Shown piece by piece: positions 55,775 to 64,000 of a DNA stretch of 64,000 bases. Under the pieces are notes generated by a model. That model saw nothing but the letters and a program-made list of their open reading frames with translations, was not told the origin of the DNA and searched no databases. Positions within the stretch are counted from its first letter, which is position 1, and each line of letters opens with the position of its first letter. The position numbers were made by a program, and so were the translations under genes. The DNA lies in NCBI GenBank assembly GCA_038231275.1, contig JBBRLQ010000013.1, positions 64,001-128,000 of the forward strand, written 5' to 3'. Source of the DNA: Polyangiales bacterium (GTDB lineage Bacteria; Myxococcota_A; Polyangia; Polyangiales; Polyangiaceae).

Positions 55775-57601
55775 TCACGTCCATCGAGGCGCGCGGCGGC
55801 GCCTCCTCGAGGCCGCGAGCGCGGTGACGAGCGCGCCGAGCGCGGCCGCCCATCCCGGCACGTCCGATCCCGCCCCCGCGCAGCCGCTCTTCGAAGATCC
55901 ACCGGGGCTGGCAGGCGCGCCGGCGTCATCCTCGGGGACCGTGTCGGTGAACGTGTAGGGCAGCGCGGCGCGCGCGTGGGGCGATGCGTTCTTGGTGCCG
56001 TCGGTGTCGCTCGCGCGGGCGAGGTAGTACGCCGCGAGGAAGTCTCCGCCCGGGTTCATCGTCGTCGACGCGTCGCCGTTCACTTCGAACGGATCGGAGC
56101 GCCACTCGAAGTTCGAGTCGGGCCGAACCGCCCACGGGACGATCTCTTTGGCGACCAGGGATCCGCCGTGGCCGTTCGACGTCTCTAGCGCAATGACCGT
56201 CACGCCGTCGACCGCGAGGCAGCTCCCCGCCTTGATCTCCGTATCGTCGCAGTTGCGCCGATCGCGCGCGAACGCCGGCGCGTCCTGCATGCCCAGGAGC
56301 GACGCTCGGATTCGATCGGTAAGGCCCGCCGCCGGCGTGGCCGCGTAGGCGCCGTACACCGCGTCGAACCACGCCTGCTTCACGTGCGACACGTCGCGCG
56401 AGTTGGGCGTCGACCAGTACTGCTTGTCGAGCGTCTCGTGGAGCTTGCCGAGGACGTACGGATCGGTCTCTGTGCGCCCGATCGTCGCGAGGGCGATCGT
56501 GAGCATGTTCACGTTCGAAAAATTCGTCGGCGCGCCCAGGAAGATGAAGCCCGAGTTCTCGGCCATCGACTTCGGCAGGTTGCGGTGGCCGACGAGCTCC
56601 TCGTAATAGAAGCGCCCGACATCCGGATCGCCGCCGACGTGGTAGGCCGCGCGGATCACGCCGAGCGCCATCGCCGCGTTGAAGCCGTTGCGGATGGTGA
56701 GCTGCTCGGCGACGACCGCGTCGGGGACGACCTGGCGCGGGTTCAGATCGTGGAAGCTCGTGAGGCGGCCGTCGGCGTCGCGGATGCAGAGATCGAGGCC
56801 GTACTCGGGGGCGACCTTCATCAGGTTCTTGGCGAACGCCGTCAAATCGGCGGCGAGCGCGTCGACGACGTCCTTCGGCGCGTCGGGGTCTCCGGTGAGC
56901 GCGTCCCAGAGCCACGTCGCGCCGAGCGCGTAGCCGCTGACCTGATCCTTGCTGGTGTCGTCGAGCCACACCCAGCCGTCGAAGCCCGCGGCGACGGGCG
57001 CGCGCCACACGGCCCCCTTCTTCGCGGGGAGCGGTCCGCTCCCGTCCGTGAGCGGAACGAGCGCGGGGGCGGCGCCGGGTGAGGCGGGGCCACCGGCGAC
57101 GTTCGGCGAGAGCTTGCGAATGCCGCGCGCGACGACGCCCGGCCCACCGATCGACGCGTACACGTGCCACGCCCTCGCCGCGCGGACGGCCGCATTTCGC
57201 GCCACCGCGACGTCCGCCGCCGGCGCGCCATCGCGCTTCAAGACGAGGAGGCGCGCGCCAATCCCCACCGACGCGATGCCCGCGAAGTTCCCTTCGTCGC
57301 CGTACTCTTCGTAGCCGTCGAGGACGTCGAACGGGTGCTTCCCCGAAAAGGCCTGAAAATCCGGCTGCGCGGTCTGCGCGAAGAACGCCTTCACGCCCGC
57401 CACCTCCGTCGCCTTCACGATCGTGTCGAGGAAGAGCCCGCTCTCGAGCGTCGTGAACGCGAGCTCCTGCCGCTGGTACGCGGCGGCCTTCGCGAGCAGC
57501 GGCGCGTCGGGCACGAGGATCGGCGCGGCAGAGGCCGAGCTCGGCACCGAGAGGATCGCGAGCGAGAGGGCCACGCCGGCGGCGCGATTCCAGTGGCGCA
57601 T
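55775..57601 (-). CDS. Secreted protein with MYXO-CTERM-like tail
   Basis: Signal peptide; C-terminal SGC, hydrophobic helix, RRRRR; DTSKDQ motif. Confidence 0.75.
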   Translation of the reverse strand: MRHWNRAAGVALSLAILSVPSSASAAPILVPDAPLLAKAAAYQRQELAFTTLESGLFLDTIVKATEVAGVKAFFAQTAQPDFQAFSGKHPFDVLDGYEEYGDEGNFAGIASVGIGARLLVLKRDGAPAADVAVARNAAVRAARAWHVYASIGGPGVVARGIRKLSPNVAGGPASPGAAPALVPLTDGSGPLPAKKGAVWRAPVAAGFDGWVWLDDTSKDQVSGYALGATWLWDALTGDPDAPKDVVDALAADLTAFAKNLMKVAPEYGLDLCIRDADGRLTSFHDLNPRQVVPDAVVAEQLTIRNGFNAAMALGVIRAAYHVGGDPDVGRFYYEELVGHRNLPKSMAENSGFIFLGAPTNFSNVNMLTIALATIGRTETDPYVLGKLHETLDKQYWSTPNSRDVSHVKQAWFDAVYGAYAATPAAGLTDRIRASLLGMQDAPAFARDRRNCDDTEIKAGSCLAVDGVTVIALETSNGHGGSLVAKEIVPWAVRPDSNFEWRSDPFEVNGDASTTMNPGGDFLAAYYLARASDTDGTKNASPHARAALPYTFTDTVPEDDAGAPASPGGSSKSGCAGAGSDVPGWAAALGALVTALAASRRRRRAPRWT

Positions 57602-57617
57602 GCGGCGGAAGGTAGCG

Positions 57618-58445
57618 CTACGGCTCGTCGGCGTCGATCGCGACGAGGAGACCGGACGCGAGCGCCGCAGGGAGCGAGCGATGCCATCCGGCGTACGTCG
57701 CCTCGCTGCCGAGACAGAACGACGTCGCGCCGAACACCGCGCGCACCAGGGCACGCGCCGCCTCGTCCTCGCCGGCGTCCACGAACGCGCGCGCGACCTT
57801 CTCACGCACGGCGACGTCGAGATCTTTGCGCGCAGCGATCACGTCGGCGGGGATGCCACCGAACGTCTCGAGCACGCGAAGCGTCGGATCGCGCTCGCCT
57901 TGCACGAGCGCGCCCCCTTCGTCGGCCGCGCCGTGGGTGCCCGCCACGTCGGCCTCGCCCTTTCGCACGGCGTCGAGCGCCGCCGGGTGCGATCCGAGGA
58001 AGCGCTCTTCGGCGAAGAAGGCCTCGGGCCCGAGCCCGCGCGCGTGCAGCTGGCCGCGCGGGAGCACGTAGCCGGCGACGCTGAGCGGATCGACCCACGC
58101 CGCTCGCTTCCCCCGCAGACCCTCGAGCGTGAGGATCTCGGAGTCGGCGCGCACGACGAGCACGGCCTCGTAGGTCGATCGACCCGCGCGCTGGAGCGTG
58201 ACGAGCGGTACGACGACTTGCTTGCGCTCGAGGCGCACGTAGACGAGCGGCGGGAGCCACGCGAGATCGACGGCGCGCTCGGCCATCTTGTCGGCCAAGC
58301 TGTCGTACGTCGGCGCGGCGTCGTGCGTGAGGGTGACGTCGGCGCGCGCGGAGACCCACGCGAGCAGCTCCGCGAGGGGAGCCTCCACCTCGGGCCTCCC
58401 CTGCGCCGAGAGCCCGAACACGATCCGCGGCGCCTCCTCACTCAT
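57618..58445 (-). CDS. PhnD-like substrate-binding-fold protein without signal peptide
   Basis: DLAWLPPL.YV, L.GK..AWVDP.S..GY..P, GSH...L.AV..GEADVA, IP.D. Confidence 0.85.
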   Translation of the reverse strand: MSEEAPRIVFGLSAQGRPEVEAPLAELLAWVSARADVTLTHDAAPTYDSLADKMAERAVDLAWLPPLVYVRLERKQVVVPLVTLQRAGRSTYEAVLVVRADSEILTLEGLRGKRAAWVDPLSVAGYVLPRGQLHARGLGPEAFFAEERFLGSHPAALDAVRKGEADVAGTHGAADEGGALVQGERDPTLRVLETFGGIPADVIAARKDLDVAVREKVARAFVDAGEDEAARALVRAVFGATSFCLGSEATYAGWHRSLPAALASGLLVAIDADEP

Positions 58446-58641
58446 CTAGAGGAGGAGAGTAATCCAACTCGGGGGGCCGGATTCGTACACTTGCACGGTA
58501 ATTTTGCGGCCTCGCAGACGGTGAAAAGCGACCGAAAGTCGCGGCATTGACTTGCCGCAGAGACGTAAACGAAATGTGCGATTCGCCCTCCCACGAACCC
58601 CGATCGTGCGCTAGAGACTCCCGCCCTTGAGGAGGTGTCTG

Positions 58642-59646
58642 ATGCGTGTTGTCGGAATCTGCGCTTCATTGCTCGCTGCGGCTCAATTCGTGATGGTGTC
58701 GACGACGCCGGCTTTCGCCGCGCCGAACGACGCGCAGACCGCGGCGACCGCGCCGGCCGACAAGAAGCCCACGAAGGGCACGCGCAAGAAGCCGAAGAAG
58801 ACCGACGCGGCCCTCGACGGCGCCGCCCCGGCCGCCGCGGCTCCCCTCAGCGCCACGAAGAAGCCCCGCGGCAAGAAGCCGAAGAAGGGTGCGGCCGCGC
58901 CGGCGCCCGAGGCCGTCGTCGCTCCCGCTCCCGCCCCCGAGCCGACTCCCGCGCCGGAGCCCGTCGCCACGACGACGCTCACGAGCGCCGAGGTCCCCGC
59001 GGTCGAGGAGAAGAAGGACGAGAAGCCGGCCGTCGAAGCCAAGCAGGACGACGGCATGGTGGAGGTCCACATCGACTCGCCGCGCGCCGTCACGCTCGAG
59101 AAGCGCTCGGCCGAGTCGACCTGGGCGCGCGCGTGCGACGCTCCCTGCGACGTGAAGCTCGGCGTGAGCGACGAGTACCGCATGGTCGGCACGGATCTCA
59201 ACGGCTCCGAGCCGTTCCACATCGACGGCAGCAAGGGACGCGTCGTCCTCAAGGTCGATCCGGGTACGCCCGGCGGCCAGACGCGCGGCCTCATCACGAC
59301 GATCGCAAGCGGCGCGCTCCTCGCGGGCGGCGTCGTCGTCATCCTCGTCGGCGTGAAGCACCACGGCAACTCGGACGGCGAGCTCTCGCAGCCGCACAAC
59401 GACGGCGCGCTTCTCGCGGGCGGCGCGATGGTCTTCGCGGGCATCGTCGGCGGCATCATCGGCACGTCCTGGCTCGTCACGAACGCGCACACCGGGGTCG
59501 ACGGTGACGTCTCGAAGGGCACCGACGAGAAGGCCCGCCCGGCCACGTTGGGCGTCTCCGCGTCGCGTCAGCCGACCTGGAACACGCCGAAGGTCGTCGG
59601 CGTCCCGACCGCCACCACCGTCCCGCTCTTCACGGGCTCATTCTAG
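58642..59646 (+). CDS. Exported/membrane protein with Lys/Pro-rich N-region
   Basis: GGAGG RBS, signal AFA, C..PC motif, two C-terminal hydrophobic helices. Confidence 0.8.
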   Translation: MRVVGICASLLAAAQFVMVSTTPAFAAPNDAQTAATAPADKKPTKGTRKKPKKTDAALDGAAPAAAAPLSATKKPRGKKPKKGAAAPAPEAVVAPAPAPEPTPAPEPVATTTLTSAEVPAVEEKKDEKPAVEAKQDDGMVEVHIDSPRAVTLEKRSAESTWARACDAPCDVKLGVSDEYRMVGTDLNGSEPFHIDGSKGRVVLKVDPGTPGGQTRGLITTIASGALLAGGVVVILVGVKHHGNSDGELSQPHNDGALLAGGAMVFAGIVGGIIGTSWLVTNAHTGVDGDVSKGTDEKARPATLGVSASRQPTWNTPKVVGVPTATTVPLFTGSF

Positions 59647-59647
59647 A

Positions 59648-60997
59648 TCACTGAAGAGCGTACGGTAGCGACGTCCGCACCTCGTTCGCCGCCGGTAGAA
59701 CGATCGTGACCTGCGTCCCCTTCCCGACCTGACTCGCGATGCGCATCGTCCCACCAAACCGGCGGACGAGATCCTCGCACACCGACAACCCGAGCCCAGT
59801 CCCGACGCCCACCGGCTTGGTGGTGAAGAACGGCTCGGTCACGCGCGAGAGGATCTCCGCGGGAATTCCCCGCCCAGTGTCCTCGACCGAGATGCGCGCG
59901 TCGCCGTGGGGATCGGTGTCGAGGGTCACGACGATCGCGTGCGCTCGCCCATCATCGTCCGGGATCGCCTGCGCCGCGTTCACGAGCAGGTTCACGAGCA
60001 CTTGCCCGAGCCGGGTCTCGCTCGCGATGACCTCCGGGCACTCGCCGAGCTCCGTGCGCAGCACCGCGCGCCGCTTCACCTCCCCGGCGACCATCCGGGC
60101 GCTCGACGCGACCACGCCGCGTAGATCCACCCGTGCGAGCTTCTCGTCGTCTCCGCGCGCGAACGCCTTGAGGTCTTGGACGATGATCTTCACGCGCGCG
60201 GCGCCGTCGATCGCGTCATGCAGCGCCTCCTTCTGGTCGCCCTCGAGCGCGGTCGTCTCGAGGAAGTCGAGGTTGGCGAGGACGTAGGAGAGGGGGTTGT
60301 TGATCTCGTGTGCGAGGCTCGCGGAGAGCTGGCCCAGCGACGCAAGTCGATCGGCGCGGAGGATCTGCGCCTCACGCTCGGCCTCGAGCTTCCGGCGATC
60401 GGCTTCGGCGAGCTCCTCTTCCGCCTTCGTTCGAAGCCACTCCTGCGCGATGGCCATGAGGAGCAGGAGCCCTCCGAAGAGGCCGGACACCATCACGTTG
60501 CTCCACATCGCGTGCGCCGGCGGCATGCGATCAGGAACGACGACCCCCGCAGCGCCAAGCGCGAGATAGGCGAGCACTTCGGCGCCGCATACGCACGCCC
60601 ATACGACGCCGGCTCGGCGACCCGCGATGGCCATCGCGATGAAGGGCACCGCGGCGACGGTGGTGAGCGGCGGAGCGGCGAGGCCGCCGCGAAGGAACAC
60701 CCCCCAGCCCGTCGCCACGAACCAGCACGCCGCAATGAGGTTTCCGCCAACCGAGAGCGAGCGCCCGCGCAAGATCGACGCCGGCGCCGCAAGGCTCGCG
60801 AGACCCGCGGCGAGCGGTGCGAGCACGTAAGGCGCCTGGATCCCGAAGAGGAGGTAGTGCGTGACCGCGAGCGTCGTCCCGCCGATTCCTCCGAGGAGGC
60901 CAAACGCCGCCACCAGGCGCGCTCGCCGCCGTTCGTTGGGCGAGTCCGCGGCGAACCGACGAAGAACCGCGCCGTCGAAGGGAAGATGGCCAAGCAT
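59648..60997 (-). CDS. Membrane sensor histidine kinase (orphan)
   Basis: About six TM helices; AHEINNPL, QVLVNLLVNA, DTGRGI, PFFTTK, GTGLGL. Confidence 0.93.
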   Translation of the reverse strand: MLGHLPFDGAVLRRFAADSPNERRRARLVAAFGLLGGIGGTTLAVTHYLLFGIQAPYVLAPLAAGLASLAAPASILRGRSLSVGGNLIAACWFVATGWGVFLRGGLAAPPLTTVAAVPFIAMAIAGRRAGVVWACVCGAEVLAYLALGAAGVVVPDRMPPAHAMWSNVMVSGLFGGLLLLMAIAQEWLRTKAEEELAEADRRKLEAEREAQILRADRLASLGQLSASLAHEINNPLSYVLANLDFLETTALEGDQKEALHDAIDGAARVKIIVQDLKAFARGDDEKLARVDLRGVVASSARMVAGEVKRRAVLRTELGECPEVIASETRLGQVLVNLLVNAAQAIPDDDGRAHAIVVTLDTDPHGDARISVEDTGRGIPAEILSRVTEPFFTTKPVGVGTGLGLSVCEDLVRRFGGTMRIASQVGKGTQVTIVLPAANEVRTSLPYALQ

Positions 60998-61092
60998 CGC
61001 AACCGACGGCACGAAGCAAACCTCGCGCCTCGGTCAACCCCTGGTTCCCACGGGCCGAACACGCGGCGCCGTCAGCGACATGACGCCGCTCG

Positions 61093-61497
61093 TCAGCCCG
61101 GCGAGCGCAGGGGAGCGAGCGCACGCACGCGCGGATCGCGAAGCCACAACCCCACCCACGCGAGGACGCCGAGGAGGACGGGCAAGATGAAAGGCTCCCC
61201 CGCGCGCACATGCGTCGCGACGGCGCCGCCGAGGTACGCCGCGATCAGGATGGCGCCGAGCACCGCGGTCCGCGGAATCAGGTAGAGGACGACGCACGCC
61301 AGCTCGACGATCCCGATCGGCGTCAGCGCCCCCGCCGGGTACCCGAACTTCGCGAACCCTTCGACCACCGGCGCCCCGTGCGACACCTTCATGGCCCCGC
61401 TCATCGCCATCGCGAGGGCGGGCAACGCGCTCGCCACACGCCCTCCCCAAAGGGCCGCCTTGGAGGGAATCTCGTTGGCTTCGTTCGGCTTCGACAT
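61093..61497 (-). CDS. DoxX family membrane protein
   Basis: SG.MK, GYP, IG.VEL....LY.IPRT..LGAIL...YLGGA...H. Confidence 0.88.
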   Translation of the reverse strand: MSKPNEANEIPSKAALWGGRVASALPALAMAMSGAMKVSHGAPVVEGFAKFGYPAGALTPIGIVELACVVLYLIPRTAVLGAILIAAYLGGAVATHVRAGEPFILPVLLGVLAWVGLWLRDPRVRALAPLRSPG

Positions 61498-61531
61498 GGC
61501 GACTTTTCCGGGCAAGTGGGTGGTTACGAAA

Positions 61532-61556
61532 GGTGACCAGCACTATATTGGTCACC
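61532..61556. promoter_or_regulatory. Putative HxlR-family operator
   Basis: GGTGACCA-N9-TGGTCACC between the divergent doxX-like and hxlR-like genes. Confidence 0.6.
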
Positions 61557-61584
61557 GGTGGTCCAACCGCAAGCAGGCACACGC

Positions 61585-61980
61585 ATGTCACCAAGGCACA
61601 TCCCGGGACACGAATCCTGCCTCGCCGTCCGCGAGGTCCTCGATCGCGTCGGCGACAAATGGAGCGTGCTCCTCGTCGGGATGCTCAAAGATGGCCGGAT
61701 GCGCTTCAGCGATCTGCGGCGCGCCATCGAAGGTATCTCCCAGCGGATGCTGACGTTGACGCTCAAGGCGCTCGAGCGCGACGGCCTCGTGCTCCGCACC
61801 GTGCACCCGACCGTGCCGCCGCGCGTCGACTACGAGCTGACCGCGAACGGTCGCACGCTCCTCGACGCGACCGCCGCGCTCGCGACGTGGGCGCAAGAGA
61901 ACCGCGTGGCGATCCGGGACGCGCGGACCAAATACGACGCGCGCCAAGCACGACGCGCGCGCCGCGCAGAGGGCGGATAG
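61585..61980 (+). CDS. HxlR family transcriptional regulator
   Basis: C......[37 protein letters not shown]. Confidence 0.93.
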   Translation: MSPRHIPGHESCLAVREVLDRVGDKWSVLLVGMLKDGRMRFSDLRRAIEGISQRMLTLTLKALERDGLVLRTVHPTVPPRVDYELTANGRTLLDATAALATWAQENRVAIRDARTKYDARQARRARRAEGG

Positions 61981-61983
61981 TCG

Positions 61984-62586
61984 GTGCGCCGCTTCGTCGT
62001 CATCGGGCAGAGCGCGGTCGCGTCCGACGATTTCCTGCTGGAGGATTTCGCCGGGACGAGCGGGCGCCTCGACGTGCTCGCTCGCTGCGTTCGTGCGGGC
62101 CTCCTCTTCTCGCATGGCGTACGCCGCGACGCGTGCGTCTACCTGGTGCTGCTCGGCGGCCCGCGCGCGCCGCGCGTCGTGCGCTTCCAGGGAGCCATCG
62201 CGAAGTACGTCCGCCCCGACGAGCGGAACCTCTCGGTGCAGCTGAAGAAGGTCCTCGCCTACCACGACGACGACGAGCGTGCGGGCTTCGTCGAGGTGCG
62301 CGCGGGCATCTCGGTCGCCCGTGGTGCGCTCGAGCCGGTGCTCGGCGATCTCGACGGCGCGACGCCCTTCGTCCTCGAAGAGGGCGCGCCCGACGTTCGC
62401 GAACGGGCCTCTGCCGAGCTGGCGAACGCGGCGTTCTTCATCGGCGATCACCACGGCTGGGACCCCGCCTCGCGCGCGCGCCTGGCCGAGATCGGCGCGC
62501 GCCCCGTCGGGGTGGGACCGGTCAGCCTCCACACCGAGGACGTCGTCACGCTCGTTTCGAACGAGCTCGATCGCCGCGAGGCCTGA
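61984..62586 (+). CDS. trmY: tRNA (pseudouridine54-N1)-methyltransferase (SPOUT)
   Basis: F.L.D..G..GR.D...RC.....F.SH..R.D, PDER, L.E.G, F.IGDH.G, GP.SLH. Confidence 0.85.
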   Translation: MRRFVVIGQSAVASDDFLLEDFAGTSGRLDVLARCVRAGLLFSHGVRRDACVYLVLLGGPRAPRVVRFQGAIAKYVRPDERNLSVQLKKVLAYHDDDERAGFVEVRAGISVARGALEPVLGDLDGATPFVLEEGAPDVRERASAELANAAFFIGDHHGWDPASRARLAEIGARPVGVGPVSLHTEDVVTLVSNELDRREA

Positions 62587-62610
62587 CCTCCGGTATTCTC
62601 CGGCGATCCC

Positions 62611-64000
62611 ATGAGCCAGCAGGTCTCTCTTCCGAAGCGCGCGCGTGTCGTCGTCATTGGAGGGGGCGTCATCGGCACCTCCGTCGCCTACCACCTCGCC
62701 CACATGGGCTGGAAAGACACCGTCCTGCTCGAGCGCGACAAGATCACGTCGGGCACCACGTGGCACGCCGCTGGCCTCATCGTGACGTTCGGCTCCACGA
62801 GCGAGACGTCGACGGAGATGCGAAAGTACACGCGCGATCTCTACGCCCGCCTCGAAGAGGAGACCGGGCAGTCGACCGGCTTCAAGGCGTGCGGCTTCAT
62901 CGAGGTCGCGAGCGAGAAGGATCGCCTCGAGGAGTACCGGCGCGTGTCGGCGTTCAACCGCTACTGCGGCGTCGACGTGCACGAGATCTCGCCCGGTCAG
63001 GTGAAGGAGCTCTTCCCTCTCGCGAAGACCGACGACCTCTTGGCCGGCTTCTACGTGAAGGAGGACGGGCGCGCGAACCCCGTCGATCTCACGATGGCGC
63101 TCGCGAAGGGCGCGCGCATGCAAGGCGCCACGATCCTCGAGAACGTGCCCGCGCTCGGCGTGCTCACCAAAGGCGGTGCGGTCACGGGCGTAGAGACCCC
63201 ACTCGGCGACATCGAGTGCGAATTCGTCGTCAATTGCACCGGAATGTGGGCGCGGCAGCTCGGCGCAAAGAACGGCGTCGTCATCCCCAACCAGAGCGCC
63301 GAGCACTACTACCTCATCACCGACAAGGTGCCGGGCATCGACGCGTCGTTCCCGGTGCTCGAAGATCCCGGCTCCCACGGCTACATCCGCGAAGAGGTCG
63401 GGGGCCTCATGATCGGCCTCTTCGAGCCCATTTGCGCGCCGTGGAACGTCGGCGGCGTCCCCGAGGATTTCTCGTTCGGCGAGATCACGCCGGACTGGGA
63501 TCGCATGGGCCCCTACGTCGAGAAGGCAATGAGCCGCGTGCCCATCTCGCTCGAGGTCGGCGTGCGAAAATTCTTCTGCGGCCCCGAGAGCTTCACGCCG
63601 GATCTCCAGCCGATCGTCGGCGAGGCTCCCGAGATCAAGAACTACTTCGTCGCCGCCGGCCTCAACTCGATCGGCATCTTGACCGGCGGCGGCCTCGGGC
63701 GCGTGCTCGCGCACTGGATCATGACCGGGCGCCCCGACGTCGACGTCACCGGGATGAACATCGATCGCTTGCACGCCTACCAGACCAACCCCGAGTACCG
63801 GCGCACGCGCACCGTCGAGTCGCTCGGCATGGTCTACCAGTGCCACTACCCGACGCGATCGATGGAGACGGCGCGCGGCGCGAAGAAATCCGCGGTGCAC
63901 GATCGCCTCGCCGCGATGGGCGCGTACTTCAAGGACGTGAGCGGCTGGGAAGGCCCCGACTGGTACGCGCCGCCCGGCGTGGAGCCAAAGGTCGAAAGCC
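62611..64000 (+). CDS. Sarcosine/dimethylglycine dehydrogenase-like FAD oxidoreductase (GcvT family), runs off the window
   Basis: Not in the ORF track; reads MSQQVSLPKRARVVVIGGGVIGTSVAYHL..TSGTTWHAAG..GPESFTPD..GWE.P.W. Confidence 0.92.
   Translation, partial: MSQQVSLPKRARVVVIGGGVIGTSVAYHLAHMGWKDTVLLERDKITSGTTWHAAGLIVTFGSTSETSTEMRKYTRDLYARLEEETGQSTGFKACGFIEVASEKDRLEEYRRVSAFNRYCGVDVHEISPGQVKELFPLAKTDDLLAGFYVKEDGRANPVDLTMALAKGARMQGATILENVPALGVLTKGGAVTGVETPLGDIECEFVVNCTGMWARQLGAKNGVVIPNQSAEHYYLITDKVPGIDASFPVLEDPGSHGYIREEVGGLMIGLFEPICAPWNVGGVPEDFSFGEITPDWDRMGPYVEKAMSRVPISLEVGVRKFFCGPESFTPDLQPIVGEAPEIKNYFVAAGLNSIGILTGGGLGRVLAHWIMTGRPDVDVTGMNIDRLHAYQTNPEYRRTRTVESLGMVYQCHYPTRSMETARGAKKSAVHDRLAAMGAYFKDVSGWEGPDWYAPPGVEPKVES

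Overview
High-GC window that reads as a myxobacterial (Myxococcota, Polyangia/Labilithrix-like) chromosome. The evidence is MYXO-CTERM tails, many Cys-rich lipoproteins with Asp-Ala-Gly linkers, and eukaryote-like Ser/Thr kinases. It holds about 55 genes; I saw no rRNA, tRNA, CRISPR array or transposase. Recognisable genes are lon, glpD, cysK, trmY, a RelE/ParE-type toxin-antitoxin pair and a complete cyanophycin set (cphA, cphB, iadA). The two best candidates for undescribed systems are as follows. (1) A CphA paralogue directly behind cphA keeps the N-terminal and Mur-ligase parts but has lost the ATP-grasp core. (2) A cell-envelope heme/redox cluster at 1-6329 comprises two tandem diheme c-type lipoproteins, a CX4CH protein, a MYXO-CTERM protein, a duplicated-domain lipoprotein and a lipoprotein truncated globin. 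Other notable items are a family of nested-palindrome intergenic elements, hairpins built over stop codons, a pseudokinase, a (CG)n frameshift in an aldo/keto reductase, an 8+8 Cys-repeat giant lipoprotein and sigma-54-type promoters. All calls come from reading motifs by eye; no database search was run. Start codons were often moved downstream of the ORF-track starts using RBS, signal-peptide and overlap evidence.
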